Source of the DNA: Eubacteriales bacterium
GTDB lineage: Bacteria; Bacillota; Clostridia; Saccharofermentanales; UBA5734
Reading direction: 5' to 3'
Assembly: GCA_028684955.1 (NCBI GenBank)
Contig: JAQUEY010000001.1
Coordinates: 21,593-85,592 of the forward strand
Length of the DNA: 64,000 nucleotides
The position numbers and the translations under genes are program-made. The notes under the pieces were generated by a model. It did no database searches, was not told where the DNA came from, and was given only the letters and a program-made list of their open reading frames with translations. This document shows, piece by piece, positions 47,958 through 58,154 of this stretch (within the stretch, counting starts at the first letter, position 1; each line of letters opens with the position of its first letter).

Positions 47958-49391
47958 ATGAAAAACAGCTATGAAAGTCCGTTCAATTCGCGCTATGCCA
48001 GCGAACAGATGCAAGCCATCTTTTCGCCGGACATGAAATTTCGGACTTGGCGCAAATTATGGATTGCTCTGGCTGAAGCCGAACAGACCCTGGGCCTGCC
48101 CATCTCGGATGAACAGATCGCTCAGCTCAAAGCCTATCAGGATGATATCAATTATGACGTCGCGGCCAGGGAAGAGGCACTCGTACGCCACGATGTCATG
48201 GCCCATGTCCATGCTTATGGTGAACAATGCCCCCTGGCCAAAGGAATCATCCACTTGGGGGCCACCTCCTGCTATGTCGGCGACAACACAGACTTGATCA
48301 TCATGTCTGAAGCCCTGAAACTGGTCCGGGCCAAACTGGTCGCAGTCATCGATCAGCTCTCCCGCTTTGCCGAGGCCAACAAATCCCTGCCAACTCTGGG
48401 TTTCACCCATTTCCAGCCGGCCCAGCTGGTTACCGTTGGCAAACGGGCCACCCTCTGGCTTTCTGAGCTCGTGTCTGACTTGGAGGACCTGGACTATGTG
48501 CTGGGTTCGCTGCGGCTTTTGGGCAGCAAGGGCACGACCGGAACCCAGGCCAGCTTCATGAGCCTGTTTGACAATGACCAGGACAAAGTCCGGCAAATCG
48601 ATACCCTCATTGCGGAAAAATTTGGCTTTTCCGGCATTTATCCGGTCAGCGGCCAGACGTATTCACGTAAAGTCGACACCCGGGTGGTCAATGTCCTTTC
48701 TGGAATCGCCCAGACTGCTCACAAATTCTCCAATGACATCCGCCTGCTCCAGCATCTCAAGGAGATTGAAGAACCCTTTGAAAAGAGCCAGATCGGTTCA
48801 TCGGCCATGGCTTACAAGCGTAATCCCATGCGCAGTGAGCGCATGGCGGCACTGGCCCGCTATGTCATTGTCAATGCCACCAATCCAGCCTTGACGGCTG
48901 CCGAACAATGGTTTGAGCGCACGCTCGACGACTCGGCCAACAAGCGGATCGCAATTCCTGAAGCATTTCTGGCAGTAGATGCCATCCTGATGCTGATGCT
49001 CAATGTTTCCAGTGGTCTCGTGGTCTATCCTGCGGTCATCGCCCGTCATATCCGTGATGAATTGCCTTTCATGGCGACCGAAAACATCATGATGGAGGCC
49101 GTCAAGCGCGGTGGCGATCGCCAGGACCTGCATGAGAAGATCCGCCAGCACAGCATGGCAGCCGGAGCCCGGGTCAAAATGGAAGGTGCGGCCAATGATC
49201 TGCTCGAGCGGATCGCAACAGACCCGGCCTTTGGCCTGGATAAAAATGAGCTGGACCAGCTGTTGGATGCCAATCTGTACATCGGACGCAGCCCGGACCA
49301 AGTTACGGAATTCATCCAGGATGTCATTGTTCCGATCCTAAATTCCCGCCCGGCTGACACTGGCCTGGTGTCAGCAGAATTGAAGGTCTGA
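47958..49391 (+). CDS. purB: adenylosuccinate lyase
   Basis: YESPFNSRYAS.EM...F...KF.TWRKLW..LAEAE..., and the GSSAMAYKRNPMRSE signature. Confidence 0.93.
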   Translation: MKNSYESPFNSRYASEQMQAIFSPDMKFRTWRKLWIALAEAEQTLGLPISDEQIAQLKAYQDDINYDVAAREEALVRHDVMAHVHAYGEQCPLAKGIIHLGATSCYVGDNTDLIIMSEALKLVRAKLVAVIDQLSRFAEANKSLPTLGFTHFQPAQLVTVGKRATLWLSELVSDLEDLDYVLGSLRLLGSKGTTGTQASFMSLFDNDQDKVRQIDTLIAEKFGFSGIYPVSGQTYSRKVDTRVVNVLSGIAQTAHKFSNDIRLLQHLKEIEEPFEKSQIGSSAMAYKRNPMRSERMAALARYVIVNATNPALTAAEQWFERTLDDSANKRIAIPEAFLAVDAILMLMLNVSSGLVVYPAVIARHIRDELPFMATENIMMEAVKRGGDRQDLHEKIRQHSMAAGARVKMEGAANDLLERIATDPAFGLDKNELDQLLDANLYIGRSPDQVTEFIQDVIVPILNSRPADTGLVSAELKV

Positions 49392-49459
49392 GTCACCCGC
49401 CACCCGGGTCTGGCCGCGAGTCCTGCAATGGACCGCATCTCCATTCCATGCTAAGATGT

Positions 49460-49498
49460 AAAGACAGGCAAACGTCTCGCGTGCCTGTCTTTATTTTT
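49460..49498 (+). terminator. intrinsic terminator after purB
   Basis: AAAGACAGGCA pairs with TGCCTGTCTTT around an 11-nt loop, then ATTTTT. Confidence 0.7.
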
Positions 49499-49516
49499 GA
49501 AAGGACAGCTTGTGTG

Positions 49517-50257
49517 ATGAAACTCGACAAACGCAGCAATATCCCCTTGTATGCCCAACTCAAAGACTGGATTCTGGAGCGGATCGCCTCCGGGCAATTT
49601 CCAGCTGGTCAACAGATCCCTTCCGAACTGGTTTTATGTGAAGATCTGGCTTTGAGTCGGCCGACCGTCCGCCAGGCAATTGCCGAACTGGTTGCCGAAG
49701 GCACCCTGGTGATCCAGAAAGGCAAAGGAACTTTTGTGTCCGCCGAACCTGAACGACTGGAGATCCGGCAGTTTTCACCTTTTTCCTATTCCTTGCTGGC
49801 TGCAAAAAGCCTGTCAGATTACAATTTCCAGTCGATTGAGCTACTTCCACCGGATGAAGAGACCTTGCGCCTGTTTGAAGGGGCAAAGGCCAGTGGCAGC
49901 CCTGGTTTCTGGTCCCTGACCTGGCCCATCCGGATCCATGGCCAGGAAATCGGGCTGGGTCATTCACTGATCCCGGTCAGCTTGTTCCCGGATTTTGGCG
50001 ACCAGGTCCAGAGTGGCAAATCCATGATTGATATCCTGGCCAACAAATACGCCTATTTGCCCAGCAAGGGCAGCTGCCAGCTGGCAGTGCGCGCTGCCAC
50101 CCATGCAGAAGCCCTGGCACTCGACATCAGCCGCCGCTCTCCCGTGTTGTGCGCCACCAGCCGGCTCACCTCCAGAAGTGGCCATATCTGTGAATGGATC
50201 GAACTGATCTGGCGCCCGGACTCTGTCACGTTGGGACTGGAAGCAGGGAGGATCTGA
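49517..50257 (+). CDS. GntR-family (HutC/UTRA-type) transcriptional regulator
   Basis: PLYAQLKDWILERIASGQFPAGQQIPSELVLCEDLALSRPTVRQAIAELVAEGTLVIQKGKGTFV is a winged HTH. About 170 aa of C-terminal effector-type domain follow. Confidence 0.8.
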   Translation: MKLDKRSNIPLYAQLKDWILERIASGQFPAGQQIPSELVLCEDLALSRPTVRQAIAELVAEGTLVIQKGKGTFVSAEPERLEIRQFSPFSYSLLAAKSLSDYNFQSIELLPPDEETLRLFEGAKASGSPGFWSLTWPIRIHGQEIGLGHSLIPVSLFPDFGDQVQSGKSMIDILANKYAYLPSKGSCQLAVRAATHAEALALDISRRSPVLCATSRLTSRSGHICEWIELIWRPDSVTLGLEAGRI

Positions 50258-50258
50258 G

Positions 50259-51401
50259 TTGGCCTTGATCTATCTGGACCACAGTGCCACGACCTGGCCA
50301 GCAGAGGAGACCATTGCTGACTATGCCAGAGACCTCGGCCTGTATGCGGCTAATCCAGCTTCCCTGCATCGATTAGGACAGCAGGCAGCGCGCCTGATCC
50401 GCGACAGCAAAACATCCCTGGCTCACTCTCTCAGCTGCCAGCCTAGTGAGGTCATCCTGACATCCGGTGGTTCTGAATCCATCAACATGGCTTTGAAAGG
50501 CACGGTCGCGGCCAACCCCAAACGGGGACGAACCATCGTCACCTTGGCTGGTGAACATGCTGCCACGCGTGAAACAGTAGCTTGCCTGGAAAAACAAGGC
50601 TTCATCATTCGCAAGGTTGCACTGCGGACAGATGGGCAGGTTGATCTCGACCAGCTGGCTGCTGCCATCGACGACGATACGGTCTTGATCACAGTTTTAC
50701 TGGTCAATAATGAGACAGGTGTGATCCAGCCACTGGATCAGATCGTTGCTATCCGCAACCGCAAACGTCCCCGGGCAGCCATCCATGTCGATGGGGTTCA
50801 GGCCTGTGGCAAAATCCCGGTTCGCTTTGACCAGCTGGGCGTTGAACTCTTCTCCGGCAGTGGTCACAAATTCGGCGCCCCCAAAGGCGTCGGGTTCCTG
50901 CTGGTGAAAAAGGGGCTGTCGATCCAGCCTCTGATTCATGGGGGTGGCCAGCAAAGCGGTCTGCGTGGAGGAACAGAAAATGCACCTCTGGCGGCATCGC
51001 TCGCCCGCAGCCTCGCCCGATCGGTCAGCGACCTGACGCGAAGCTCGATTCATTGCCAGAACCTGCAGGATATCTTGCTGCAGGAGCTCAGGCGCCTTGG
51101 TGTGGCCTTTGCCAGGATTTCACCCGAGACAGCCGTGCCGCAGATTCTTAACCTCGCTTTTCTGGGACTGCGTGGTGAAACCCTGCAGCATGCCCTGGAA
51201 CAAGAGGATCTGTTCGTCTCGACCGGTTCCGCCTGCTCATCGCATAAAAAGGGACCATCGGAGGTCCTTTTGGCGATGGGAGTCTCGCGTGCCGTGGCGG
51301 ACTGTTCGATCCGGATCAGCTTGTCCGAGTGCAATACAACAGAAGAGATGGTCCTGGCAGCCGGAGCGATTGCCCGCGCCTGCCAGAAATACCGGCGCTG
51401 A
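50259..51401 (+). CDS. cysteine desulfurase (class V aminotransferase, IscS/NifS-like)
   Basis: IYLDHSATT...TSGGSESIN...HVDGVQA.GKIP...SGSGHKFGAPKGVGFL...STGSACSS. TTG start follows GGGAGGA, 1 nt after the gntR stop. Confidence 0.85.
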   Translation: MALIYLDHSATTWPAEETIADYARDLGLYAANPASLHRLGQQAARLIRDSKTSLAHSLSCQPSEVILTSGGSESINMALKGTVAANPKRGRTIVTLAGEHAATRETVACLEKQGFIIRKVALRTDGQVDLDQLAAAIDDDTVLITVLLVNNETGVIQPLDQIVAIRNRKRPRAAIHVDGVQACGKIPVRFDQLGVELFSGSGHKFGAPKGVGFLLVKKGLSIQPLIHGGGQQSGLRGGTENAPLAASLARSLARSVSDLTRSSIHCQNLQDILLQELRRLGVAFARISPETAVPQILNLAFLGLRGETLQHALEQEDLFVSTGSACSSHKKGPSEVLLAMGVSRAVADCSIRISLSECNTTEEMVLAAGAIARACQKYRR

Positions 51402-51452
51402 ACCAGCGCGCAAAAGAGAGACAATCAGGGACACCTGCAAAGAGGGAAAACA

Positions 51453-52727
51453 ATGTCAGTACAGAGCTTGCTAACGAATACACCCTTGCCCAAAGACAAA
51501 ATCCTGCTGGTCCGTTTGGGCGAAATCACGCTCAAGGGCATGAATCGCCATAAATTTGAACAGCAAGTCATCCGGAACATGAAACACCGGCTCAAGGATC
51601 TGGGCCATTTTGCGATTTCACAAAGCCATTCCCGGATCTGGGTCGAACCGGACCCGGCCAGCGCATCCGGTGGATTTTCCACTGACAGCCAGATCGAACA
51701 CGTGATTGACCGGGTCAAGGATGTGTTTGGGGTTGTGTCCGTCAGCCCGGTCTGGCGCTTTGCAGGCGGTATCGAGGCCATCGAAGCCATGGCCTGCGAA
51801 TTCGTAAGCCAGCTGTTGTCGGATGGCCGTAAACAATCATTCAAAGTCGAATCCCGGCGTGGTCTCAAATCGTTTCCTTACCAGTCTCCTGAAATCAGTG
51901 GACGAGTGGGCGGCCTGCTGGCTGAGACGTTTTCCAGCCAGCTGACGGTCAATGTCAAAGAACCGGATTTCATCCTTTATGTTGAGGTCCGGGAGCACAA
52001 CTACCTGTACAGTTCGATCATCAAAGCCCAGCGTGGCTTGCCCGTGGGAACCAGTGGCCATGGTCTGTTGCTCTTGTCCGGTGGCATTGACAGCCCGGTG
52101 GCTGGTTACCTGATGGCTTCGCGCGGCATGATGCTCGACGCCATGTATTTTCATGCCTACCCTTTCACCAGTGACCAGGCCAGGGAAAAGGTGGTCGATC
52201 TGGCTCGCCTCATCGCCCGCTATGCTGGCCGGATCCGTCTCCATGTCGTAAACTTTACCGATATCCAGATCACTTTGCGTGATTTCTGTCCGCCGGAAAT
52301 GATGACCATTGTCATGCGCCGGATGATGATGCGGATCGCCGACCGCTTTGCCGAATCCAACCACCTCAAGGCCTTGATCACCGGCGAGAGCCTGGGTCAG
52401 GTGGCCAGCCAGACCCTGGAGGCATTGGTCACCACCGACCAGATCAGCACCCGTCCTGTTTTCCGCCCTCTGATCGGTCTGGACAAGGATGACACTGTGG
52501 CCATTGCCCGCCGCATCGGTACTTTTGAGACCTCGATTCTGCCTTTTGAGGATTGCTGCACCGTCTTTGTCGCCAAACATCCCAAGACCCACCCCAGTCT
52601 GACCGATGCGGTCGATGCCGAAAAAGAGTTGGATATCGACGCCTTGGTCACCCTGGGACTTGGAGCCATTGAAACCGAGGTCATCACGCCCCGGTATGAT
52701 GAGTCGGCCCCGCGAGGTGACGTATGA
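51453..52727 (+). CDS. thiI: tRNA uracil 4-sulfurtransferase ThiI
   Basis: Ferredoxin-like/THUMP N-terminal half, then the PP-loop LLLSGGIDSPVAGYLMASRG and ...ITGESLGQVASQT. Confidence 0.9.
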   Translation: MSVQSLLTNTPLPKDKILLVRLGEITLKGMNRHKFEQQVIRNMKHRLKDLGHFAISQSHSRIWVEPDPASASGGFSTDSQIEHVIDRVKDVFGVVSVSPVWRFAGGIEAIEAMACEFVSQLLSDGRKQSFKVESRRGLKSFPYQSPEISGRVGGLLAETFSSQLTVNVKEPDFILYVEVREHNYLYSSIIKAQRGLPVGTSGHGLLLLSGGIDSPVAGYLMASRGMMLDAMYFHAYPFTSDQAREKVVDLARLIARYAGRIRLHVVNFTDIQITLRDFCPPEMMTIVMRRMMMRIADRFAESNHLKALITGESLGQVASQTLEALVTTDQISTRPVFRPLIGLDKDDTVAIARRIGTFETSILPFEDCCTVFVAKHPKTHPSLTDAVDAEKELDIDALVTLGLGAIETEVITPRYDESAPRGDV

Positions 52728-53704
52728 AAGTAGGCAAACTTGATCCAGCCAATCTGGAAGACCTGGTCTTGCACCGTTTGCCCGTCCTGTCCGACGATAT
52801 CGTCTGTGGTCCGGCCACTGGCCTGGATTGCGCCGCCATCCGGTTCAAGGATGGCCTGGCGGTTCTTTCCACTGACCCCATCACCGGAGCCAGCGCCGAC
52901 ATCGGCAGCCTGGCGATCCATGTTTCCTGCAACGACTTGGCGGCATTCGGTATCCGGCCCAAAGGCATCCTTCTGGTTTTGATTGCGCCACCGTGGGCCA
53001 CGGCCGAGGATGTTGCAGCCGTGATCGAACAAGCCAGCCAGACGGCTGAAAAACTGGGCGTCAGCATTGCAGGTGGCCACACCGAGGTCAGCGATGCCGT
53101 CACTCGCTTCATCGTCACCACCACTGCAATCGGATTTGCCGAGACCGGCCATATGGTCCAAAGCGATGGTGGCCAGCCTGGGGATGCTTTGCTGATGACC
53201 AAGACCGGCGGCCTCGAGGGAACGGCTATTCTGGCAGCTGACCAGAAGGGCCGGCTGGAAAAGGTGTTGAGCGAAAAAGACCTGTCCGAGGCCAGGGATC
53301 TGATCGCCCAGATCAGTGTCGTGCCCGAAGGCATCATCGGCGGCCAGATGGGGGTCCATGCCATGCATGACGCAACCGAAGGCGGAATCCTGGGCGCTGC
53401 CTGGGAGATGGCTCAGGCATGCGGACTCGGCCTGGAAATCGAAATCGATGCGATCCCCCTGCATCCTCTTACAAGGCAAATCACCACGGAACTGGGCCTT
53501 GATCCCTATCGCCTGATTTCCAGCGGCAGTTTGCTCATTGCGACAGATCGGCCTGGTGATGTGCAAAAAACGCTGGCAGAGGCAGGGGTCCTGTGCAGCA
53601 AAATCGGCCGTTTGACCGAATCTGTACAATATGTCCAGATTGATTCAGGAATTGTTTCGGAATTGGCCCCGCCAGGACCGGATGAACTTTACAAAATCAC
53701 CTGA
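52724..53704 (+). CDS. AIR synthase-related, HypE-like PurM-superfamily protein of unknown function
   Basis: [15 protein letters not shown]...[11 protein letters not shown]......VLSTDPITG...HDATEGG matches the HypE/ThiL/PurM-type N- and C-domains. It lacks the HypE C-terminal Cys. The start overlaps the thiI stop (ATGA). Confidence 0.65.
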   Translation: MKVGKLDPANLEDLVLHRLPVLSDDIVCGPATGLDCAAIRFKDGLAVLSTDPITGASADIGSLAIHVSCNDLAAFGIRPKGILLVLIAPPWATAEDVAAVIEQASQTAEKLGVSIAGGHTEVSDAVTRFIVTTTAIGFAETGHMVQSDGGQPGDALLMTKTGGLEGTAILAADQKGRLEKVLSEKDLSEARDLIAQISVVPEGIIGGQMGVHAMHDATEGGILGAAWEMAQACGLGLEIEIDAIPLHPLTRQITTELGLDPYRLISSGSLLIATDRPGDVQKTLAEAGVLCSKIGRLTESVQYVQIDSGIVSELAPPGPDELYKIT

Positions 53705-53745
53705 TTGTTTACAATGAAGGGGAAATTCCTAAGGAGAGGTACATT

Positions 53746-54987
53746 ATGACTTACCAGCATTTGGCCCAGGTTGATCCGGAAATCTACTCAGCTGTCCAGC
53801 TTGAGATCGGCCGCCAACGTTCCAAGATCGAATTGATCGCCTCAGAAAATTTCGTCAGTGAAGCGGTTCTCGAAGCTGTTGGCACCCCGCTGACCAATAA
53901 ATATGCCGAAGGTTATCCGGGCAAACGCTACTATGGTGGTTGCGAATACGTCGATATTGCTGAGAACCTCGCCATCGAGCGGGCCAAATTGCTGTTTGGT
54001 GCCGAGCATGTCAATGTCCAGCCTCATTCCGGTGCCCAGGCGAACACGGCGGTCTATTTTGCCATGCTGGAGCCAGGTGACACCATCCTGGGCATGGACC
54101 TGGCCCATGGCGGCCACCTGACCCACGGCATGTTCAAGAATGTTTCCGGCCGCACCTATCACGCGGAATCCTACAAAGTCACTGAGGACACGTGTCTGAT
54201 TGACTATGATCAGGTCCTCGAGGTCGCTCGCCGCACCAAGCCCAAAATGATTGTAGCTGGTGCCAGCGCCTATCCGCGGACCATCGATTTTGCCAAATTC
54301 CGCGCCATCGCCGATGAGGTCGGTGCCCTGTTGTTTGTCGACATGGCTCACATCGCTGGCCTGGTTGCTGCAGGCCTGCATCCCAATCCGGTCCCCTATG
54401 CGGATTTTGTCACGACGACCACCCACAAGACGTTGCGCGGACCGCGTGGCGGCATGATCCTGTGCAAAGCCGAATACGCCAGAGCCATCGATTCTGCTGT
54501 ATTCCCCGGCCAGCAAGGTGGCCCTCTGATGCATGTCATCGCCGGCAAGGCTGTCGCTTTCAAAGAAGCGCTCGACCCATCCTTCAAAGTCTACCAGCAG
54601 CACATCATCGACAATGCCAAAGCGCTGGCGGACGGCCTGATGAAGCGCAGCATCAATCTGGTCTCGGGCGGCACCGACAACCACCTGATGCTGGTCGATT
54701 TGCGTGGCACCGGAGTTTCGGGCAAAGAGCTTCAGCTGCGCCTCGACGAGGTCAACATCACCTGCAACAAGAACGGCATCCCCTACGATCCGGAGAAACC
54801 GACCATCACCAGCGGCATCCGCCTCGGAACCCCGGCCGTGACCAGCCGAGGCATGACCCCGGCTGACATGGATGAAATCGCTGACCTGATCGCCCTGACT
54901 TTGAACGATTACGAGGGTCATCACGAAATCATCCGCAATCGTGTCGCGGAACTGGTTGTGAAGTATCCGCTCTATCCCAGCCTCTGA
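53746..54987 (+). CDS. glyA: serine hydroxymethyltransferase
   Basis: [36 protein letters not shown]...[15 protein letters not shown]. Confidence 0.96.
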   Translation: MTYQHLAQVDPEIYSAVQLEIGRQRSKIELIASENFVSEAVLEAVGTPLTNKYAEGYPGKRYYGGCEYVDIAENLAIERAKLLFGAEHVNVQPHSGAQANTAVYFAMLEPGDTILGMDLAHGGHLTHGMFKNVSGRTYHAESYKVTEDTCLIDYDQVLEVARRTKPKMIVAGASAYPRTIDFAKFRAIADEVGALLFVDMAHIAGLVAAGLHPNPVPYADFVTTTTHKTLRGPRGGMILCKAEYARAIDSAVFPGQQGGPLMHVIAGKAVAFKEALDPSFKVYQQHIIDNAKALADGLMKRSINLVSGGTDNHLMLVDLRGTGVSGKELQLRLDEVNITCNKNGIPYDPEKPTITSGIRLGTPAVTSRGMTPADMDEIADLIALTLNDYEGHHEIIRNRVAELVVKYPLYPSL

Positions 54988-55014
54988 TCGCACTGATCCA
55001 TAGACAGGAAAATC

Positions 55015-56343
55015 ATGATACCCCACACCTCCCGGCAACCCCTCGCCTATAGGATGGCTCCTCGCATGCTTTCAGAGTATGTCGGTCAGGAGCATATCCT
55101 GGGCAAGGGCAAGATGCTGCGCCGGATGATCGAGGCTGACCGCCTGAGTTCGATCATCCTGTTTGGTCCGCCGGGCACCGGTAAAACATCGCTGGCCCGG
55201 GTGATCGCACAGACCACCCAGGCCAGTTTTGTCATGCTCAATGCCGTGACTTCCGGCGTGGCGGACATCAAGCGCGTCATCGCCGACAGCCAGAACCCCT
55301 TGCTCACCCCATCGGGCAAGACGGTCCTTTTTGTCGATGAAATCCATCGTTTCAACAAAGCCCAGCAGGATGCCCTGCTCCCATCCGTCGAGGACGGTAC
55401 CCTGATCCTGGTCGGTGCGACCACAGAAAATCCTTATTTCGAGGTCAACAAGGCCTTGATCTCCCGTTCAACTGTTTTCGCCCTTAAGCCTTTGGAGACC
55501 GGTCAGATCCGCCAGATCATCGAACAATCTCTGGCAGACCTGGAGAGGGGACTGGGCCAGTTCCAGGTTTCATGGGCCGACCAGGCACTGGATTTTCTCT
55601 GCGACATCGCCAACGGCGACGCCCGGATCGCCCTCAATGCGCTGGAGCTGGCCGTTGTCACCACGCCGCCAGGGGCTGATGGCATTGTCCATCTCGACAA
55701 AGATACCCTGCAGGACTGTGCCCAGAAGCGCAGCATCGCCTATGACGCAACTGGAGAGAGTCATTACGACAACATCAGTGCTTTCATCAAGTCGATGCGC
55801 GGCAGTGACCCCGATGCCACCGTGTTCTATCTGGCCCGGGCCTTGCATGGGGGAGAAGACATCGAGTTTCTGGCCCGCAGGATCCTGATCTGTGCTGCTG
55901 AGGATGTTGGCCTGGCCAATCCACAGATGATCCAGGTCGCCATGGCTGCCTACCAGGGGGCCATGGCTGTCGGCATGCCGGAAGCGCGGATCCTGCTTTC
56001 ACAAGCTGCTCTGGCTGTAGCCACCAGTCCGAAGTCCAACGCGGCTTATCTGGCCATCGACAAAGCCCTCGATGACGTCAATAATCGCCGTACGGGGGAG
56101 GTACCGCTGCATCTGCGCAATGCACCTGCCAAGGGGATGTCCGAACTCGGCTATGGGGTTGGTTACAAATATGCCCACGATTATCCTGGCCACATCGTTG
56201 ACCAGGACTATTTGCCTGCAGACATTGCCGGAACCATTTACTATGACCCCAGCCAGAATGGTTATGAGGCCAAAATAACGGAATGGCTGAAACAACGGCG
56301 CAAACCTGCCGGGAACAACACTCCAGGTAGTCCGCGGAAATAA
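55015..56343 (+). CDS. rarA: replication-associated recombination protein A (RarA/MgsA AAA+ ATPase)
   Basis: LAYRMAPR.L.EYVGQEHILG.GK.LRR.I......SIILFGPPGTGKTSLA...FVDEIHRFNKAQQDALLP.VEDGT..L.GATTENP. Confidence 0.9.
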   Translation: MIPHTSRQPLAYRMAPRMLSEYVGQEHILGKGKMLRRMIEADRLSSIILFGPPGTGKTSLARVIAQTTQASFVMLNAVTSGVADIKRVIADSQNPLLTPSGKTVLFVDEIHRFNKAQQDALLPSVEDGTLILVGATTENPYFEVNKALISRSTVFALKPLETGQIRQIIEQSLADLERGLGQFQVSWADQALDFLCDIANGDARIALNALELAVVTTPPGADGIVHLDKDTLQDCAQKRSIAYDATGESHYDNISAFIKSMRGSDPDATVFYLARALHGGEDIEFLARRILICAAEDVGLANPQMIQVAMAAYQGAMAVGMPEARILLSQAALAVATSPKSNAAYLAIDKALDDVNNRRTGEVPLHLRNAPAKGMSELGYGVGYKYAHDYPGHIVDQDYLPADIAGTIYYDPSQNGYEAKITEWLKQRRKPAGNNTPGSPRK

Positions 56344-56471
56344 AATCGCAGGAATTCATTCTATTCCTAGTAAATTTATAGGATATAGGCATTACCAGTA
56401 ACAGAAGTTACAACACAGCCGGTTTGAATCCCCTAAAGTGGAATCGTATCTCGAGGCAAGGGAGTTTTTTC

Positions 56472-57662
56472 ATGAGTGCCACCAAACGAGTCTATCTCGA
56501 TCATGCTGCGACAACACCCGTCCGACCAGAAGTCATGGACGCGATGCTGCCTGTTTTCCAGGAACAATTTGGCAATCCGTCATCCTTTTACCACCGCGGC
56601 CAGGAAGCCAAGCGACTGCTGGAGGATGCTCGCCAGCGCATTGCCTCCTGCATCCAGGCCCAATCACACGAAATCTATTTCACCTCCTGCGGCACAGAGT
56701 CCGACAACTGGGCGATCAAAGGGGTCGCACGGGCTCTGGAGAAAAAGGGCCGCCACATCATCACGTCCAAGATTGAACATCATGCAGTTTTGCACAGCTG
56801 CGAGGCCTTGGCTGCCCAAGGCTACGACATCACCTATCTCGATGTCGATGCGGACGGCCGGGTGGATCCACAGGCGGTCAGGCAGGCGATCCGTCCCGAC
56901 ACCATCCTGGTCACCATCATGATGGCCAACAACGAGATCGGCACGATCCAGCCGATCGCTGAAATCGGCTCCATCTGCCGCGAGCACAAAGTCACGTTCC
57001 ATTCCGATGCGGTCCAGGCAGCCGGTGCGATCCCGATTGATGTGTCGACCCTGCCTGTTGATTTGCTTTCATTTTCGGGCCACAAAATGTACGCCCCCAA
57101 AGGTGTCGGTGCTCTCTACATCCGCCGCGGCACCCGGATTGCCACCTTCATGGATGGTGGAGCCCAGGAACGCAACCGTCGGGGCGGCACGGAAAATGTG
57201 CCTTACATCGTCGGATTTGCCAAGGCCTTCGAACTGGCCATGGCTGAAATGGCCGAGAACACCCAGCGGTTGACCGCTTTGCGCGATGACCTGATCGAGA
57301 AAGTCTTGCAAGCCGTTCCACACACCCGTCTGAATGGCCACAGGACAGACCGCTTACCGAACAATGTCAATTTCTCTTTTGAATTCATCGAAGGTGAATC
57401 GATCCTGATTATGCTCGATCATTTCGGCTTTGAATGTTCCTCTGGTTCAGCCTGCACATCTGGTTCTCTGGACCCGTCCCATGTCTTGCTGGCGATCGGC
57501 CTGCCTCATGAAAAAGCTCATGGGTCGCTGCGGGTCACCTTCGGCAAGAGCAGTGATCCCGAGGACATCGACCGCCTGGTGGAATCCCTGGTTAAAATTG
57601 TTGCTCGTCTGAGGGACATCTCCCCCCTGTATGAAGCTTATCTAAAAGAAACACACGGTTGA
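56472..57662 (+). CDS. nifS: cysteine desulfurase NifS/IscS
   Basis: VYLDHAATTP......FGNPSS.........FTSCGTESDN...SGHKMYAPKGVGALYIR...SSGSACTSG. nifU follows. Confidence 0.9.
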   Translation: MSATKRVYLDHAATTPVRPEVMDAMLPVFQEQFGNPSSFYHRGQEAKRLLEDARQRIASCIQAQSHEIYFTSCGTESDNWAIKGVARALEKKGRHIITSKIEHHAVLHSCEALAAQGYDITYLDVDADGRVDPQAVRQAIRPDTILVTIMMANNEIGTIQPIAEIGSICREHKVTFHSDAVQAAGAIPIDVSTLPVDLLSFSGHKMYAPKGVGALYIRRGTRIATFMDGGAQERNRRGGTENVPYIVGFAKAFELAMAEMAENTQRLTALRDDLIEKVLQAVPHTRLNGHRTDRLPNNVNFSFEFIEGESILIMLDHFGFECSSGSACTSGSLDPSHVLLAIGLPHEKAHGSLRVTFGKSSDPEDIDRLVESLVKIVARLRDISPLYEAYLKETHG

Positions 57663-57678
57663 AAGAGAAAGGACCTTT

Positions 57679-58137
57679 ATGGAATACAGCGATAAAGTCA
57701 TGGACCATTTCATGAATCCGCGCAATGTCGGCGAGATTGCCGATGCATCGGCGACCGGCATGGTTGGAAACGCCAAATGCGGCGACATCATGAAAGTCTA
57801 CCTGAAAATTGAAAATGATATCATCGTCGATGCCAAGTTCAAGACCTTTGGCTGCGGTTCGGCAATTGCCACCTCGAGCATGGCCACGGAAATGATCAAA
57901 GGCAAAACGCTGGACGAGGCTTTGCACTTGACCAACAAGGCTGTCGCCGAAGCCCTCGATGGATTGCCGCCCGTCAAAATGCATTGTTCCCTGCTGGCGG
58001 AACAGGCCGTCAAGGCTGCGCTCCAGGAATATTTCGAATCCACAGGCCGGATGACCGACGAATACAGGAAACTGTTTGACATCCTCGATGATGACGCCCA
58101 TGACCACGGCCATGAATCAGGTGAAGATCACCCCTGA
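57679..58137 (+). CDS. nifU: Fe-S cluster assembly scaffold IscU/NifU (N-terminal domain type)
   Basis: YSDKVMDHFMNPRNVG...GMVGNAKCGDIMKVYL......DAKFKTFGCGSAIATSS...KMHCSLLAE has the three conserved Cys. Confidence 0.92.
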   Translation: MEYSDKVMDHFMNPRNVGEIADASATGMVGNAKCGDIMKVYLKIENDIIVDAKFKTFGCGSAIATSSMATEMIKGKTLDEALHLTNKAVAEALDGLPPVKMHCSLLAEQAVKAALQEYFESTGRMTDEYRKLFDILDDDAHDHGHESGEDHP

Positions 58138-58154
58138 ATCCATGCATAGTTCCA

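Noticed and set aside
56350-56400. Possible dif (Xer) site: TTCCTAG followed by AT-rich sequence resembles the left arm of B. subtilis dif (ACTTCCTAGAATATATATTATGTAAACT).
   Set aside because: The highly conserved XerD arm (TTATGTAAACT) is absent on both strands, and the 11-6-11 architecture is not recovered. The resemblance is limited to 7 nt.
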